Positions 26,735 to 34,971 of a stretch of DNA of 54,915 nt are shown here, piece by piece. The notes under the pieces were generated by a model that was given only the letters and a program-made list of their open reading frames with translations, was not told the origin of the DNA and did no database searches. A program made the position numbers and the translations under genes. The stretch is from IMG/VR virus record IMGVR_UViG_3300020388_000692, positions 1-54,915 of that record, one strand, 5' to 3'. Origin of the DNA: a virus (taxonomy: Duplodnaviria > Caudoviricetes). Every line of letters begins with the position of its first letter. Position 1 is the first letter of the stretch.

Positions 26735-26877
26735 GTTTTTACCTCCGTTTGATACTCAATAACAATTTTCTTACTGAATTTACCTGACTGTTGGTATATA
26801 TTCCACTCCGTAGATGTAGCACCATCCATCTGGTCTACCATCTGTTGAATCACTCTGAGACGATCATCATCATTCAT
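26725..26877 (-). CDS. hypothetical 50-aa protein (MNDDDRLRVIQQMVDQ...KKIVIEY...)
   Basis: Hand-translated; fills the purS-purC gap. Confidence 0.55.
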   Translation of the reverse strand: MNDDDRLRVIQQMVDQMDGATSTEWNIYQQSGKFSKKIVIEYQTEVKTWK

Positions 26878-27151
26878 TACCAATACCCTCCGGGAACTTT
26901 TCGATTTCAGTCAATTCATAATCCCAGTCTTCCATGACTGTGTTAGCAAGGAATCTATCAGATAACATTTCAAGTTCCTTCTCAGCATATTCTCTAGTTT
27001 CTGCTTCTAACCAAATATCAACTACTTTACCCAATCTCAATTTCTTGATGTCTAACTTAGACAATCTTTTACAGGCATCTCTGACAGCATTACCAGGAGA
27101 ATCATCAACCTGTGCTCTCAGGCGAATGAATATCAATGCTTTGAACTTCAT
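26870..27151 (-). CDS. purS: FGAM synthase small subunit PurS
   Basis: IRLR..VDDSPGNAV..LRLGK..LANTVMED. Confidence 0.88.
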   Translation of the reverse strand: MKFKALIFIRLRAQVDDSPGNAVRDACKRLSKLDIKKLRLGKVVDIWLEAETREYAEKELEMLSDRFLANTVMEDWDYELTEIEKFPEGIGNE

Positions 27152-27176
27152 AAAAAAAGAGGGTCTTTAACCCCCT
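27152..27176 (-). terminator. terminator closing the psbD operon, abutting the purS ATG
   Basis: AAGGGGGTT-AAA-GACCCTCTT-T-run; a TTGCAG-17-TATACT promoter-like site lies just upstream. Confidence 0.55.
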
Positions 27177-27189
27177 TAGTATACCATAT

Positions 27190-27318
27190 TCAGAGCATTC
27201 CTGCAAGCATTATCAGGAAGCAGATGAGGGTGAATGCAAATACTACTGCACAACCAATTATCAATTCTTTTATGGTTGTGCTTTCACCGTTTGGTTCATG
27301 ATGTGAATGATCTGACAT
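27190..27318 (-). CDS. 42-aa membrane peptide (MSDHSHHEPNGESTTIKELIIGCAVVFAFTLICFLIMLAGML)
   Basis: Hand-translated; TAATG-coupled to psbN; single TM helix. Confidence 0.6.
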   Translation of the reverse strand: MSDHSHHEPNGESTTIKELIIGCAVVFAFTLICFLIMLAGML

Positions 27319-27431
27319 TAGTCTTCGTGATCGTCAAAAGGGTCGTCTAGTCCTTTTGAGGGAGGACCAAACCCTAGGTAGATACCATATACTGTCAGTG
27401 CAAGGACTGATAAACTAATTCCAACAATCAT
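27318..27431 (-). CDS. psbN: photosystem II assembly factor PsbN-like (37 aa)
   Basis: MIVGISLSVLALTVYGIYLGFGPPSKGLDDPFDDHED matches the PsbN pattern Y..Y..FG.PS..L.DPF..H.D. Confidence 0.85.
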   Translation of the reverse strand: MIVGISLSVLALTVYGIYLGFGPPSKGLDDPFDDHED

Positions 27432-27664
27432 TGTTCTTCAAATAATTTTTCTAATCTTTGTTTTTGATCATTGAATTGTTCACTGTTCATACCAGAGACA
27501 TCCACATACATTACTTCTTCACCAGGTTCTGGTGCTTCTGGATGCCTTCTGGTTATGATGGGTCTGTTCATCTCACTGATGGATTGAATGTTTCTATACA
27601 TCAGTGCAAATGCTGCTCCACCAATACCAAATAAACAAGCAAAGTAGAGTAATCCGATTAGCAT
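27428..27664 (-). CDS. DUF2973-like membrane protein
   Basis: LY..CL..I.GAAFALMYRNI..RHPEAP. Confidence 0.65.
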   Translation of the reverse strand: MLIGLLYFACLFGIGGAAFALMYRNIQSISEMNRPIITRRHPEAPEPGEEVMYVDVSGMNSEQFNDQKQRLEKLFEEQ

Positions 27665-28092
27665 TAGGACCCCATAAGATCGAAGTTTTCTTTTAATACT
27701 GTACCGTATTTAATTTTAATCAAATGATCCACTGAGAACATTCCGGGTCCACATAGTAAGACACAGAGTGCTCCTCCCCAATACAGACCTAGGAGTTCCA
27801 ACAGATAAATGTTGAATCCACTAGTCATAACTGCATGATAGATTGCAATCGACATGGTGCCTACGATTGATAGAGCACCGAGTCTAGCACCCACCCCTAC
27901 AATCAATGCCCAACTACCTGCGATCTCAGAGAAAGCAGCAATGTAGGACAAGAAGATTGGGAATGGTAAATGCAATGGTCTTACGAACGCATTTGCAAAG
28001 TTCTCAATGTCATTTAATTTTTCATATCCATGATGGATAAGAAGCACCCCGACACAGAGTCGGAGTGCGAGGAACCCGAAAGAGTTTATCAC
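27664..28092 (-). CDS. DoxX family membrane protein
   Basis: [37 protein letters not shown]; GTGA-coupled to psbD. Confidence 0.85.
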   Translation of the reverse strand: MINSFGFLALRLCVGVLLIHHGYEKLNDIENFANAFVRPLHLPFPIFLSYIAAFSEIAGSWALIVGVGARLGALSIVGTMSIAIYHAVMTSGFNIYLLELLGLYWGGALCVLLCGPGMFSVDHLIKIKYGTVLKENFDLMGS

Positions 28093-29144
28093 AGAGCGTT
28101 ACCCCTTGGTAATACTTCTTCAGGGAATACAAAGTTCTCATGTGGTTGGTCGGCAGGTGCCATCCAAGCACGGAGACCTTCATTGAGCAGAATGTTCTTA
28201 GTGTAGAACGTTTCAAACTCAGGATCTTCTGCTGCTCTAATTTCTTGTGATACGAAGTCGTAAGCACGAAGGTTAAGAGCAAGTCCAATGATACCAATTG
28301 ATGAAGTCCAGAGACCCATCACAGGTACGAACAACATAAAGAAGTGCAACCAACGCTTGTTACTGAAAGCAACACCGAAGATCTGTGACCAGAAACGATT
28401 GGCAGTAACCATCGAATAGGTTTCTTCTTCTTGAGTTGGTTCAAATGCTTTGAATGTGTTTGCCTGTTCTCCATCCTCAAACAGTGTGTTCTCTACAGTA
28501 GCACCGTGAATGGCACAGAGCAGAGCACCACCAAGGATACCGGCGACACCCATCATGTGGAACGGGTTGAGCGTCCAGTTATGGAATCCCTGGAGGAAAA
28601 GTAAGAAGCGGAAAATAGCGGCAACCCCAAACGATGGCGCGAAGAACCAGGACGACTGTCCCAGAGGATATAAGAGAAAGACGCTGCAAAAGACAGCAAT
28701 AGGACCAGAGAAAGCAATAGCATTGTAGGGTCTAATTCCGACGAGACGAGCGATTTCAAACTGCCTGAGCATGAAACCTATGAGAGCGAATGCACCGTGT
28801 AGCGCGACGAAAGGCCAGAGTCCACCGAGTTGGACCCAACGGACGAAACTGCCCTGAGCCTCAGGACCCCAGAGAAGAAGAAGGCTATGACCCATAGCGT
28901 CAGCAGGAGTCGAAACTGCTGCTGTAAGGAAATTCGCGCCCTCAAGATACGAACTTGCCAGACCGTGGGTGTACCAGCTGGTGACGAAAGTTGTCCCAGT
29001 AAGCCACCCGCCAATAGCAAGATAAGCTGTAGGGAAGAGCAAAATACCAGACCAGCCCACAAAAACGAACCGATCGCGTTTAAGCCAGTCATCCAGGATA
29101 TCAAACCATCCCCTCCTTTGTTGAGTTAAAGTTGATGCGACCAT
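28089..29144 (-). CDS. psbD: photosystem II D2 protein
   Basis: [16 protein letters not shown]...[10 protein letters not shown]. Confidence 0.99.
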   Translation of the reverse strand: MVASTLTQQRRGWFDILDDWLKRDRFVFVGWSGILLFPTAYLAIGGWLTGTTFVTSWYTHGLASSYLEGANFLTAAVSTPADAMGHSLLLLWGPEAQGSFVRWVQLGGLWPFVALHGAFALIGFMLRQFEIARLVGIRPYNAIAFSGPIAVFCSVFLLYPLGQSSWFFAPSFGVAAIFRFLLFLQGFHNWTLNPFHMMGVAGILGGALLCAIHGATVENTLFEDGEQANTFKAFEPTQEEETYSMVTANRFWSQIFGVAFSNKRWLHFFMLFVPVMGLWTSSIGIIGLALNLRAYDFVSQEIRAAEDPEFETFYTKNILLNEGLRAWMAPADQPHENFVFPEEVLPRGNAL

Positions 29145-29146
29145 GA

Positions 29147-29377
29147 TTATTTAAAACCTCCATTTGTTTTTTTCTTTTTGTCGAGCACTTCCACATGTGA
29201 TTTGAAGAGTGGTGGAGTGCTAAACCATTGTTCCATTACCTCTTCATAACTCTTAAAGATTATACTCTCTTGGTTAGAAAAGATAAATCGGTATTCATGC
29301 CTATCGTAAGGCACATCAGAAGTTTGAGCGAACCAATCAGGTAACACTTTTTCTTCTGGATCTAAACTGCCATGCAT
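29147..29377 (-). CDS. hypothetical protein between psbA and psbD
   Basis: 76-aa ORF; PYDRH.Y..SHVEVLD. Confidence 0.7.
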   Translation of the reverse strand: MHGSLDPEEKVLPDWFAQTSDVPYDRHEYRFIFSNQESIIFKSYEEVMEQWFSTPPLFKSHVEVLDKKKKTNGGFK

Positions 29378-29399
29378 AAAACTTTACAATTGTAGAGAT

Positions 29400-29425
29400 A
29401 AAAAAAAGGAGGTCCGTAGACCTCC
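29400..29425 (-). terminator. terminator after psbA
   Basis: GGAGGTC-TACG-GACCTCC-T-run (UNCG loop). Confidence 0.88.
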
Positions 29426-29444
29426 CACATTATAGCAGATTTTA

Positions 29445-30524
29445 TCAACCGACGCTAGGAGCAATCAGAGCCACAGGAGTGGACTCAGCAGCAGCGAGGT
29501 CGAGTGGGAAGTTGTGAGCATTACGCTCATGCATTACTTCCATTCCGAGACCTGCACGGTTCAATACGTCAGCCCAGGTATTGACTACACGACCTTCGTT
29601 TTCGAGGATCGACTGGTTGAAGTTGAAACCGTTGAGGTTGAATGCCATGGTGCTTACGCCCAGGGCGGTGAACCAAATACCCACGACGGGCCATGCAGCA
29701 AGGAAGAAGTGCAAGGAACGTGAGTTGTTGAATGATGCGTATTGGAAGATCAGGCGACCAAAGTAACCGTGTGCGGCGACGATGTTGTACGTCTCTTCTT
29801 CTTGACCGAACTTGTAACCATAGTTCTGGGACTCGCTCTCAGTTGTTTCACGAACAAGTGAGGAAGTAACGAGACTTCCGTGCATAGCAGAGAAAAGAGA
29901 TCCACCGAATACCCCAGCAACACCGAGCATGTGGAACGGGTGCATAAGGATATTGTGTTCTGCTTGGAATACAAGCATATAGTTAAAAGTACCAGAGATA
30001 CCAAGAGGCATAGCATCAGAGAAAGAACCTTGACCGAAAGGATATACGAGGAATACTGCACTTGCTGCAGCGACTGGTGCTGAGTAAGCAACCATGATCC
30101 ATGGACGCATACCTAAGCGGTAGGAAAGTTCCCACTCACGACCCATGTAGCAGTAGATGCCGATGAGGAAGTGGAAAATTACGAGTTGGAAAGGACCACC
30201 ATTATACAGCCACTCGTCAAGCGATGCGGCTTCCCAGATGGGATAGAAGTGAAGACCAATTGCGTTGGAAGAGGGAACAACTGCACCAGAGATGATGTTG
30301 TTACCATACATGAGTGAACCAGCGACGGGTTCACGGATGCCATCGATGTCCACAGGGGGAGCAGCGATGAAGGCGACGATGAAGCAAGTAGTTGCTGCCA
30401 ACAGAGTTGGAATCATCAGCACGCCGAACCAACCGACATAGAGGCGGTTATTGGTAGAAGTTATCCACTCGCAGAAATTCTGCCAACTGGATTGTGATTG
30501 TTGTTGTCTTGAAAGTGTTGTCAT
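29445..30524 (-). CDS. psbA: photosystem II D1 protein, no intron
   Basis: NRLYVGWFG...[13 protein letters not shown]; start MTTLSRQ, 359 aa. Confidence 0.99.
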   Translation of the reverse strand: MTTLSRQQQSQSSWQNFCEWITSTNNRLYVGWFGVLMIPTLLAATTCFIVAFIAAPPVDIDGIREPVAGSLMYGNNIISGAVVPSSNAIGLHFYPIWEAASLDEWLYNGGPFQLVIFHFLIGIYCYMGREWELSYRLGMRPWIMVAYSAPVAAASAVFLVYPFGQGSFSDAMPLGISGTFNYMLVFQAEHNILMHPFHMLGVAGVFGGSLFSAMHGSLVTSSLVRETTESESQNYGYKFGQEEETYNIVAAHGYFGRLIFQYASFNNSRSLHFFLAAWPVVGIWFTALGVSTMAFNLNGFNFNQSILENEGRVVNTWADVLNRAGLGMEVMHERNAHNFPLDLAAAESTPVALIAPSVG

Positions 30525-30529
30525 TTTTG

Positions 30530-30646
30530 AAAAAGGGTTATGTATGAGTGCGGGGAACACTGATTATAGTATTCCTGACCTACCCTCCAGGTCAGGTATG
30601 AGAGACTGTTGTTTATACACGCTGTTTAGTCTCGGTGAGGCGTGTG
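30530..30646 (-). ncRNA. PhotoRC-II-like structured psbA leader
   Basis: ACACGC/GCGUGU interleaved with GAGACU/AGUCUC; CCUGACCU-GGAGGGU-AGGUCAGG hairpin; lies 5' of phage psbA. Confidence 0.7.
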
Positions 30647-30688
30647 AAGAATAGTTAAGAGATGTGTTGGTCTCGTAACTTACTGACT

Positions 30689-30722
30689 TATTTATAATAC
30701 TACGGTTTCCCGTATTCGTCAA
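30689..30722 (-). promoter_or_regulatory. composite early + late promoter for psbA
   Basis: TTGACG-17-TATTAT overlapping a perfect TATAAATA. Confidence 0.8.
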
Positions 30723-30868
30723 GCCCCTGATGACGGTGCATAAAGTGGTTGCATCATGCCACCATCGGAACCATCATCATCTTCATCCTTACTTGCCAAC
30801 GCAAGCATCAGAAAGTAAGGAGTGATGATAAAAATTAAGGTCTGTAGTAGTGTCCAATCGTAACTCAT
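30719..30868 (-). CDS. 49-aa membrane peptide with acidic DDDG..GGMM tail
   Basis: MSYDWTLLQTLIFIITPYFLMLALASKDEDDDGSDGGMMQPLYAPSSGA; ATGA-coupled. Confidence 0.65.
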   Translation of the reverse strand: MSYDWTLLQTLIFIITPYFLMLALASKDEDDDGSDGGMMQPLYAPSSGA

Positions 30869-30930
30869 GATTTTTTCACTACTGCAGCAATTGGAATCAG
30901 CATGACTATTGCTGCTACTACAAATGCCAT
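30865..30930 (-). CDS. 21-aa hydrophobic micropeptide (MAFVVAAIVMLIPIAAVVKKS)
   Basis: Coupled at both ends (TGATG, ATGA). Confidence 0.5.
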   Translation of the reverse strand: MAFVVAAIVMLIPIAAVVKKS

Positions 30931-31037
30931 CAGAAAATGCCGGGGATGATTTGTCCGGTGGTTGCGTATGCGCCCATTGCTGCGACTACACCCAGCATTG
31001 CTGCCCAACCATTAATACGTTCTGCTTTTTCGTTCAT
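30930..31037 (-). CDS. hli: high-light inducible protein (35 aa)
   Basis: MNEKAERINGWAAMLGVVAAMGAYATTGQIIPGIF; GGAG SD. Confidence 0.95.
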   Translation of the reverse strand: MNEKAERINGWAAMLGVVAAMGAYATTGQIIPGIF

Positions 31038-31080
31038 TTGATTTCTCCGTTTAAGTATTGTGTGTTTAAAAATTCAGTCT

Positions 31081-31299
31081 TCAGATGCCGAAGGCACCAA
31101 AAAAGAAAAGACTACCGGTTGTTGCATAAGACAGGAGTCCAGCAACGAACCCAAGCATCGCCACGCGACCATTCAGTTTCTCAGCTTTCTCGGCATAGGT
31201 CTCATAACCATAGCGTTCTGCTGCAGTTTGATCAATGTACATTCTTGGCTCAGTAGCCCACATATTCTGTTGTCCACGGTCGTTGCTTGTTACGGTCAT
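31081..31299 (-). CDS. hli: high-light inducible protein (72 aa)
   Basis: AEKLNGRVAMLGF motif; N-terminal NMWATEPRMY. Confidence 0.93.
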   Translation of the reverse strand: MTVTSNDRGQQNMWATEPRMYIDQTAAERYGYETYAEKAEKLNGRVAMLGFVAGLLSYATTGSLFFFGAFGI

Positions 31300-31326
31300 T
31301 AGTCTTGTATGAAGAACTGTTACAAT

Positions 31327-31355
31327 ATTATATAGGAAATGTAAAGTTCTGTCAA
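31327..31355 (-). promoter_or_regulatory. sigma70 promoter for the hli cluster
   Basis: TTGACA-17-TATAAT. Confidence 0.85.
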
Positions 31356-31443
31356 CCCCCTGCAACGGTATACTGGTATACAAGGGGGGTTTTCTCAGGA
31401 ATCTCTAATCTAAATAGATTTACATGCGTATATACTATCCCTT

Positions 31444-31932
31444 ATGAAACGAGCGTTAGTGCTTTTTGCTATGTTTGGTTTGGCGGCACCAGCACATGCC
31501 GATATTACCCATAAGTTAAGTTCCAGCGTTCAGCTCAATGTTAACTCTGCTGCAACCCAGGCAACTAGGATCGGTTCCTCGTACAGTGTGTCAGGTAGTG
31601 GAGTAGATACTACGGATGGTACGACAGCAAATACTATTTCTGCTGGTACTATCACTAGTGGGGTTTATGCTCCAGGAGCAATCTCAGCAACTCAGGATAC
31701 CCCTGGTGCTGCGTTCTCGTATTCTGCTACTTACATACAGGCTGATGCTGTCCCAACCTCTGCTCCTAGTGTAGGTGCTGTGCAGAACTTCGGTTCGATG
31801 ACCAGTAATGCTGCTGGTGTTGCTGGAGACCTGGCAGGTACTATCACCACTGCTGGTGCTATGACGATCGTTGGTGGTGGCGCTGGTACTCAGGCAACCG
31901 GACAATTTGTCACCGAGTTGACTGTGAGGTAG
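31444..31932 (+). CDS. secreted Ser/Thr/Gly-rich protein
   Basis: Signal peptide ending PAHA; CTAAATA about 30 nt upstream. Confidence 0.8.
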   Translation: MKRALVLFAMFGLAAPAHADITHKLSSSVQLNVNSAATQATRIGSSYSVSGSGVDTTDGTTANTISAGTITSGVYAPGAISATQDTPGAAFSYSATYIQADAVPTSAPSVGAVQNFGSMTSNAAGVAGDLAGTITTAGAMTIVGGGAGTQATGQFVTELTVR

Positions 31933-31934
31933 AA

Positions 31935-32378
31935 ATGAGACGCCTATATAAATCAATAGGTGTCTTGGGACTGGTCTTCGGACTAGTCTCACCTTCCCAC
32001 GCAGTACCAGTAGTTCCAAACTTCACTCAGGGCTCGATGACTTCCACGACGGAGACAACGAGCACTATTAATGAAACTATTAATTCTATGGATTATAACA
32101 CAGGATATCAGTATTCTGTGACTGGAACAAATCTGCAATCGTCTGGGGGATTAGCACCTAATTCTGTAACCAATCAACAAAATACCAATGAGGGCGTGAT
32201 TTCGACATGGACCGGACTCAATATGAATTCAAGACCAACCTTCACTCAAAGGAATGTGGGAGCACCGTTTCAGTTCACGGAGACGTATCAGGCACCAGGT
32301 CTTTCAAATCATACAATAATACAAAGAGAACAAACAATAGAAAGCATCACCACAACAACAAGTATCTTCGCACAATAA
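31935..32378 (+). CDS. secreted Thr-rich protein
   Basis: Signal peptide ending PSHA; mature VPVVPNFTQGSM. Confidence 0.8.
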   Translation: MRRLYKSIGVLGLVFGLVSPSHAVPVVPNFTQGSMTSTTETTSTINETINSMDYNTGYQYSVTGTNLQSSGGLAPNSVTNQQNTNEGVISTWTGLNMNSRPTFTQRNVGAPFQFTETYQAPGLSNHTIIQREQTIESITTTTSIFAQ

Positions 32379-33244
32379 AAGCATTATGTCTATCTGCACT
32401 GTCTGCGGTTGTAACTGTCCCTGCTCATGCAGCAGATGTAGGGGGTGTAAGTGCAACAGCAAATCCCGTCGCTAATTCATCTGGCTCAGTGACCAACCAG
32501 GCCATTCAGGTCTTACAGGGTCCTTACATCACCAACACATACGGTGACGGTATCAGTTGTCAAGGACCCACTATGAATGTGACCCCGTATGTAACAGGGT
32601 CTCTTTCTCAACAAAAACCATTTGAACCCTACTTCAATGACCCTGTATATGATATGAGGGACTTGAATGAAGATGGTTCATTAGATAACCCAGGTGGTAT
32701 TCTGTACTATGTTCCTACGAGAACTGGACAGAAGGATAATCAGAACTTGTCTATAGGTTTCAGTGCAACACTGTCTGTGCCTATGAATAAAAAGCAGCAA
32801 AGATTATGTGAAGAAGCAGCAACCACACATAATGAGTATCGTGCTCAACTACTTGCCAATAAGCGCCTCGACTTTGAGATAGCCAGACTCAAGAATTGTG
32901 GAGAATTAAAAAGGAATGGAATTTCTTTCCATCCCAAGAGTCCTTACTATGCGGTGTGTGCTGATGTCATGGTGAATAATGTCACCTACATCAAAGATCA
33001 CGTTCATTCTATTCCTACTTCTTCATCGGTCGAACAGAGCGTAGTACCTTCACAGCCTGATTCCGCTGTCGTTGCTCCGCAACCCGCTCCGCCTGCGATT
33101 GTACCGGGATCTTCTTTCCCCGTATCGACGCCACCTTCTTCAGCACCTTCTTCACAGTCGGTTTCACAACCTTTAACAGTAGATCAGCAAGAGGCTTTGC
33201 GAGCAGTGCGGAAGATGTCGCTACCACAGCGATACTCGCGGTAG
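32375..33244 (+). CDS. secreted/outer-membrane protein (start uncertain: ATA at 32375 or ATG at 32207)
   Basis: Signal-like KALCLSALSAVVTVPAHA; beta strands (LSIGFSATLSVPM); four Cys in the mature region; Pro/Ser-rich tail. Confidence 0.7.
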   Translation: MKALCLSALSAVVTVPAHAADVGGVSATANPVANSSGSVTNQAIQVLQGPYITNTYGDGISCQGPTMNVTPYVTGSLSQQKPFEPYFNDPVYDMRDLNEDGSLDNPGGILYYVPTRTGQKDNQNLSIGFSATLSVPMNKKQQRLCEEAATTHNEYRAQLLANKRLDFEIARLKNCGELKRNGISFHPKSPYYAVCADVMVNNVTYIKDHVHSIPTSSSVEQSVVPSQPDSAVVAPQPAPPAIVPGSSFPVSTPPSSAPSSQSVSQPLTVDQQEALRAVRKMSLPQRYSR

Positions 33245-33788
33245 TAGCAGCAACCTGAGGAGCAGGTAAATACTGTGCCTGCCAAGGTATATCCTCATAG
33301 AGAGTTACACATATCTCATTTCCATTTACAATCTGCAATTCATAACCGGATACCCTTTCCTTTTTATTCTGTGCCACATCACCAACTCGTGGTGCATTAG
33401 GACCAGGGCATTCGGTTTCTTCTTTTTTTACACCAGGAACAGGAGTATTCGGCACCTCTGGTGCTGCAGGAATATCTTCTGGTGCTTTTACCGGAGGAAC
33501 AGGTGCTTCCTGTGTATAGATTAAATCTTCAGGTGTATAGTCCATCGCATCATATGATGGATATTCACCAGAGCATAAAATTCTTGTCCCTTTAGGATCA
33601 TCGACAGTCAGTTGCTCGTCACCGTCACGGTGATCTTCTACGCAACCAGGCATCTCAATGATGGGAACACCCAATTGTACTGTTACAGGAACAGGTATTG
33701 AATAAACAATAGGTGGTGCTACATCGACATTAAAAATATTAGTCGGTGGAATCCGTAGATTAGTAACACCTATTTCACGAATCTCCAT
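33015..33788 (-). CDS. membrane-anchored protein with Pro-rich linker and basic tail
   Basis: Paired Cys; hydrophobic VAATTASIAVVATSSALLAKPL; Lys/Arg-rich C-terminus. Confidence 0.75.
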   Translation of the reverse strand: MEIREIGVTNLRIPPTNIFNVDVAPPIVYSIPVPVTVQLGVPIIEMPGCVEDHRDGDEQLTVDDPKGTRILCSGEYPSYDAMDYTPEDLIYTQEAPVPPVKAPEDIPAAPEVPNTPVPGVKKEETECPGPNAPRVGDVAQNKKERVSGYELQIVNGNEICVTLYEDIPWQAQYLPAPQVAATTASIAVVATSSALLAKPLADLLLKVVKPTVKKVLKKVASIRGKKIPVQSQAERVAEQRQRNQAVKVLRSVRPMKK

Positions 33789-33790
33789 CT

Positions 33791-34051
33791 TCAGAAGGGC
33801 AGTGCTCCAGCGTCAACGCCGCCGACACCACTAGGAATTGCTCCACCAGTTGCGCCAGGGAGTTCAGGCATAGCACCGTTCATCATACCAGGAAGTGAAT
33901 CAGTGACCGCGCCCATGACTGCTTTGGTTACATTTGCTTTGATACCTTCGACTATGTTATCCTTATTAAGAAAAACATAAGCGCCGCTGCCGACAACGGC
34001 AGTAGATACAGCAAAAGACGCGAGAGCGAGTACATTAATGACTTTTTGCAT
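33791..34051 (-). CDS. small membrane protein
   Basis: MQKVINVLALASF..GAYVF TM segment. Confidence 0.75.
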   Translation of the reverse strand: MQKVINVLALASFAVSTAVVGSGAYVFLNKDNIVEGIKANVTKAVMGAVTDSLPGMMNGAMPELPGATGGAIPSGVGGVDAGALPF

Positions 34052-34125
34052 GGTCTTTTTTTATTTACAGTAGTTTTACCATCCGCGACTAGTTTTTGTA
34101 ACAGATGATAAAACTATGTATCACT

Positions 34126-34422
34126 TTAATAAAGCATCTCCTCTGCTTCTGCTTGAACAACACAATCGCTAGTAGGATATGATACACAAAGTAGTGCAAA
34201 TCCCTCTTCGATCTGGTCATCATCCAGGAATGATTGGTCTTCCTGGTTTACAGTGCCTTCCAATACTTTACCAGCACATGTAGAACATGCACCAGCACGA
34301 CAGGAGTATGGAAGATCGAGTTCTGCTTCGTCTGCTGCGTCAAGGATGTAAGTATCCCCATCGCATGGAACAACCGTCTCCGTTCCATCGGCGGAACGAA
34401 TCGTTACGTTATAAGTTGCCAT
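34126..34422 (-). CDS. petF: plant-type [2Fe-2S] ferredoxin
   Basis: [33 protein letters not shown]. Confidence 0.97.
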   Translation of the reverse strand: MATYNVTIRSADGTETVVPCDGDTYILDAADEAELDLPYSCRAGACSTCAGKVLEGTVNQEDQSFLDDDQIEEGFALLCVSYPTSDCVVQAEAEEMLY

Positions 34423-34440
34423 TTTCCTCTGCTACTTAAA

Positions 34441-34764
34441 TTATTTTACATGAATTGTGCCAACCATACCAGCACCCTGGTGTGGTCCGCAGAAGAAATC
34501 GTAATCTCCTGCGTCTGCGAATTTAATGTCTTGTACCTCCCCTGGATTAAACATAAGAGACTCGCGTGATAGATCAGCGCGACCCTCTACAATAATGTTG
34601 TGTGGTGGGAGCATACCGTTGACAAAATGTACAGTGTCACCTGCGTCAATTGTAACATCAGATGGGTCAAAAATCAAGTTTCCATTTGATCCCATTGATA
34701 CATCCACTGCCCAGGCAGGAGCAGCAAGGAACAGTGTGGCGAGAAAGGCAAATAATACTTTCAT
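34441..34764 (-). CDS. petE: plastocyanin
   Basis: Signal peptide; PPHNI; FFCGPHQGAGMVG copper ligands. Confidence 0.96.
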   Translation of the reverse strand: MKVLFAFLATLFLAAPAWAVDVSMGSNGNLIFDPSDVTIDAGDTVHFVNGMLPPHNIIVEGRADLSRESLMFNPGEVQDIKFADAGDYDFFCGPHQGAGMVGTIHVK

Positions 34765-34765
34765 T

Positions 34766-34969
34766 TTAATCCTCCAAATACTTTTCGATTACTTCGATAC
34801 GTTCTTCTTCTTTTGCAATTGCATCAATTTGATCCTGGATTGCACCGAGAACGTCAGGGTGCTCACCAATACCCACAGGGTTTGTGAGGTATATCTCAAT
34901 ATTCATTTTCGCTTTCTTTATACTCCCAACGGACAATGCCTTGAGAGCTTCTAACATTTCTCTTCTCAT
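34766..34969 (-). CDS. conserved small hypothetical protein
   Basis: NIEIYL.NPVGIGEHPDV..AI. Confidence 0.75.
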   Translation of the reverse strand: MRREMLEALKALSVGSIKKAKMNIEIYLTNPVGIGEHPDVLGAIQDQIDAIAKEEERIEVIEKYLED

Positions 34970-34971
34970 AA

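Noticed and set aside
28089-30524. Intron or homing endonuclease in or between psbA and psbD
   Set aside because: Both ORFs are uninterrupted and full length; the 76-aa spacer ORF has no HNH or GIY-YIG motif.
31300-31350. HLR1 (RpaB) or NtcA site upstream of hli (TTACA/TGTAA words)
   Set aside because: The spacing fits neither the HLR1 direct repeat nor GTA-N8-TAC convincingly.
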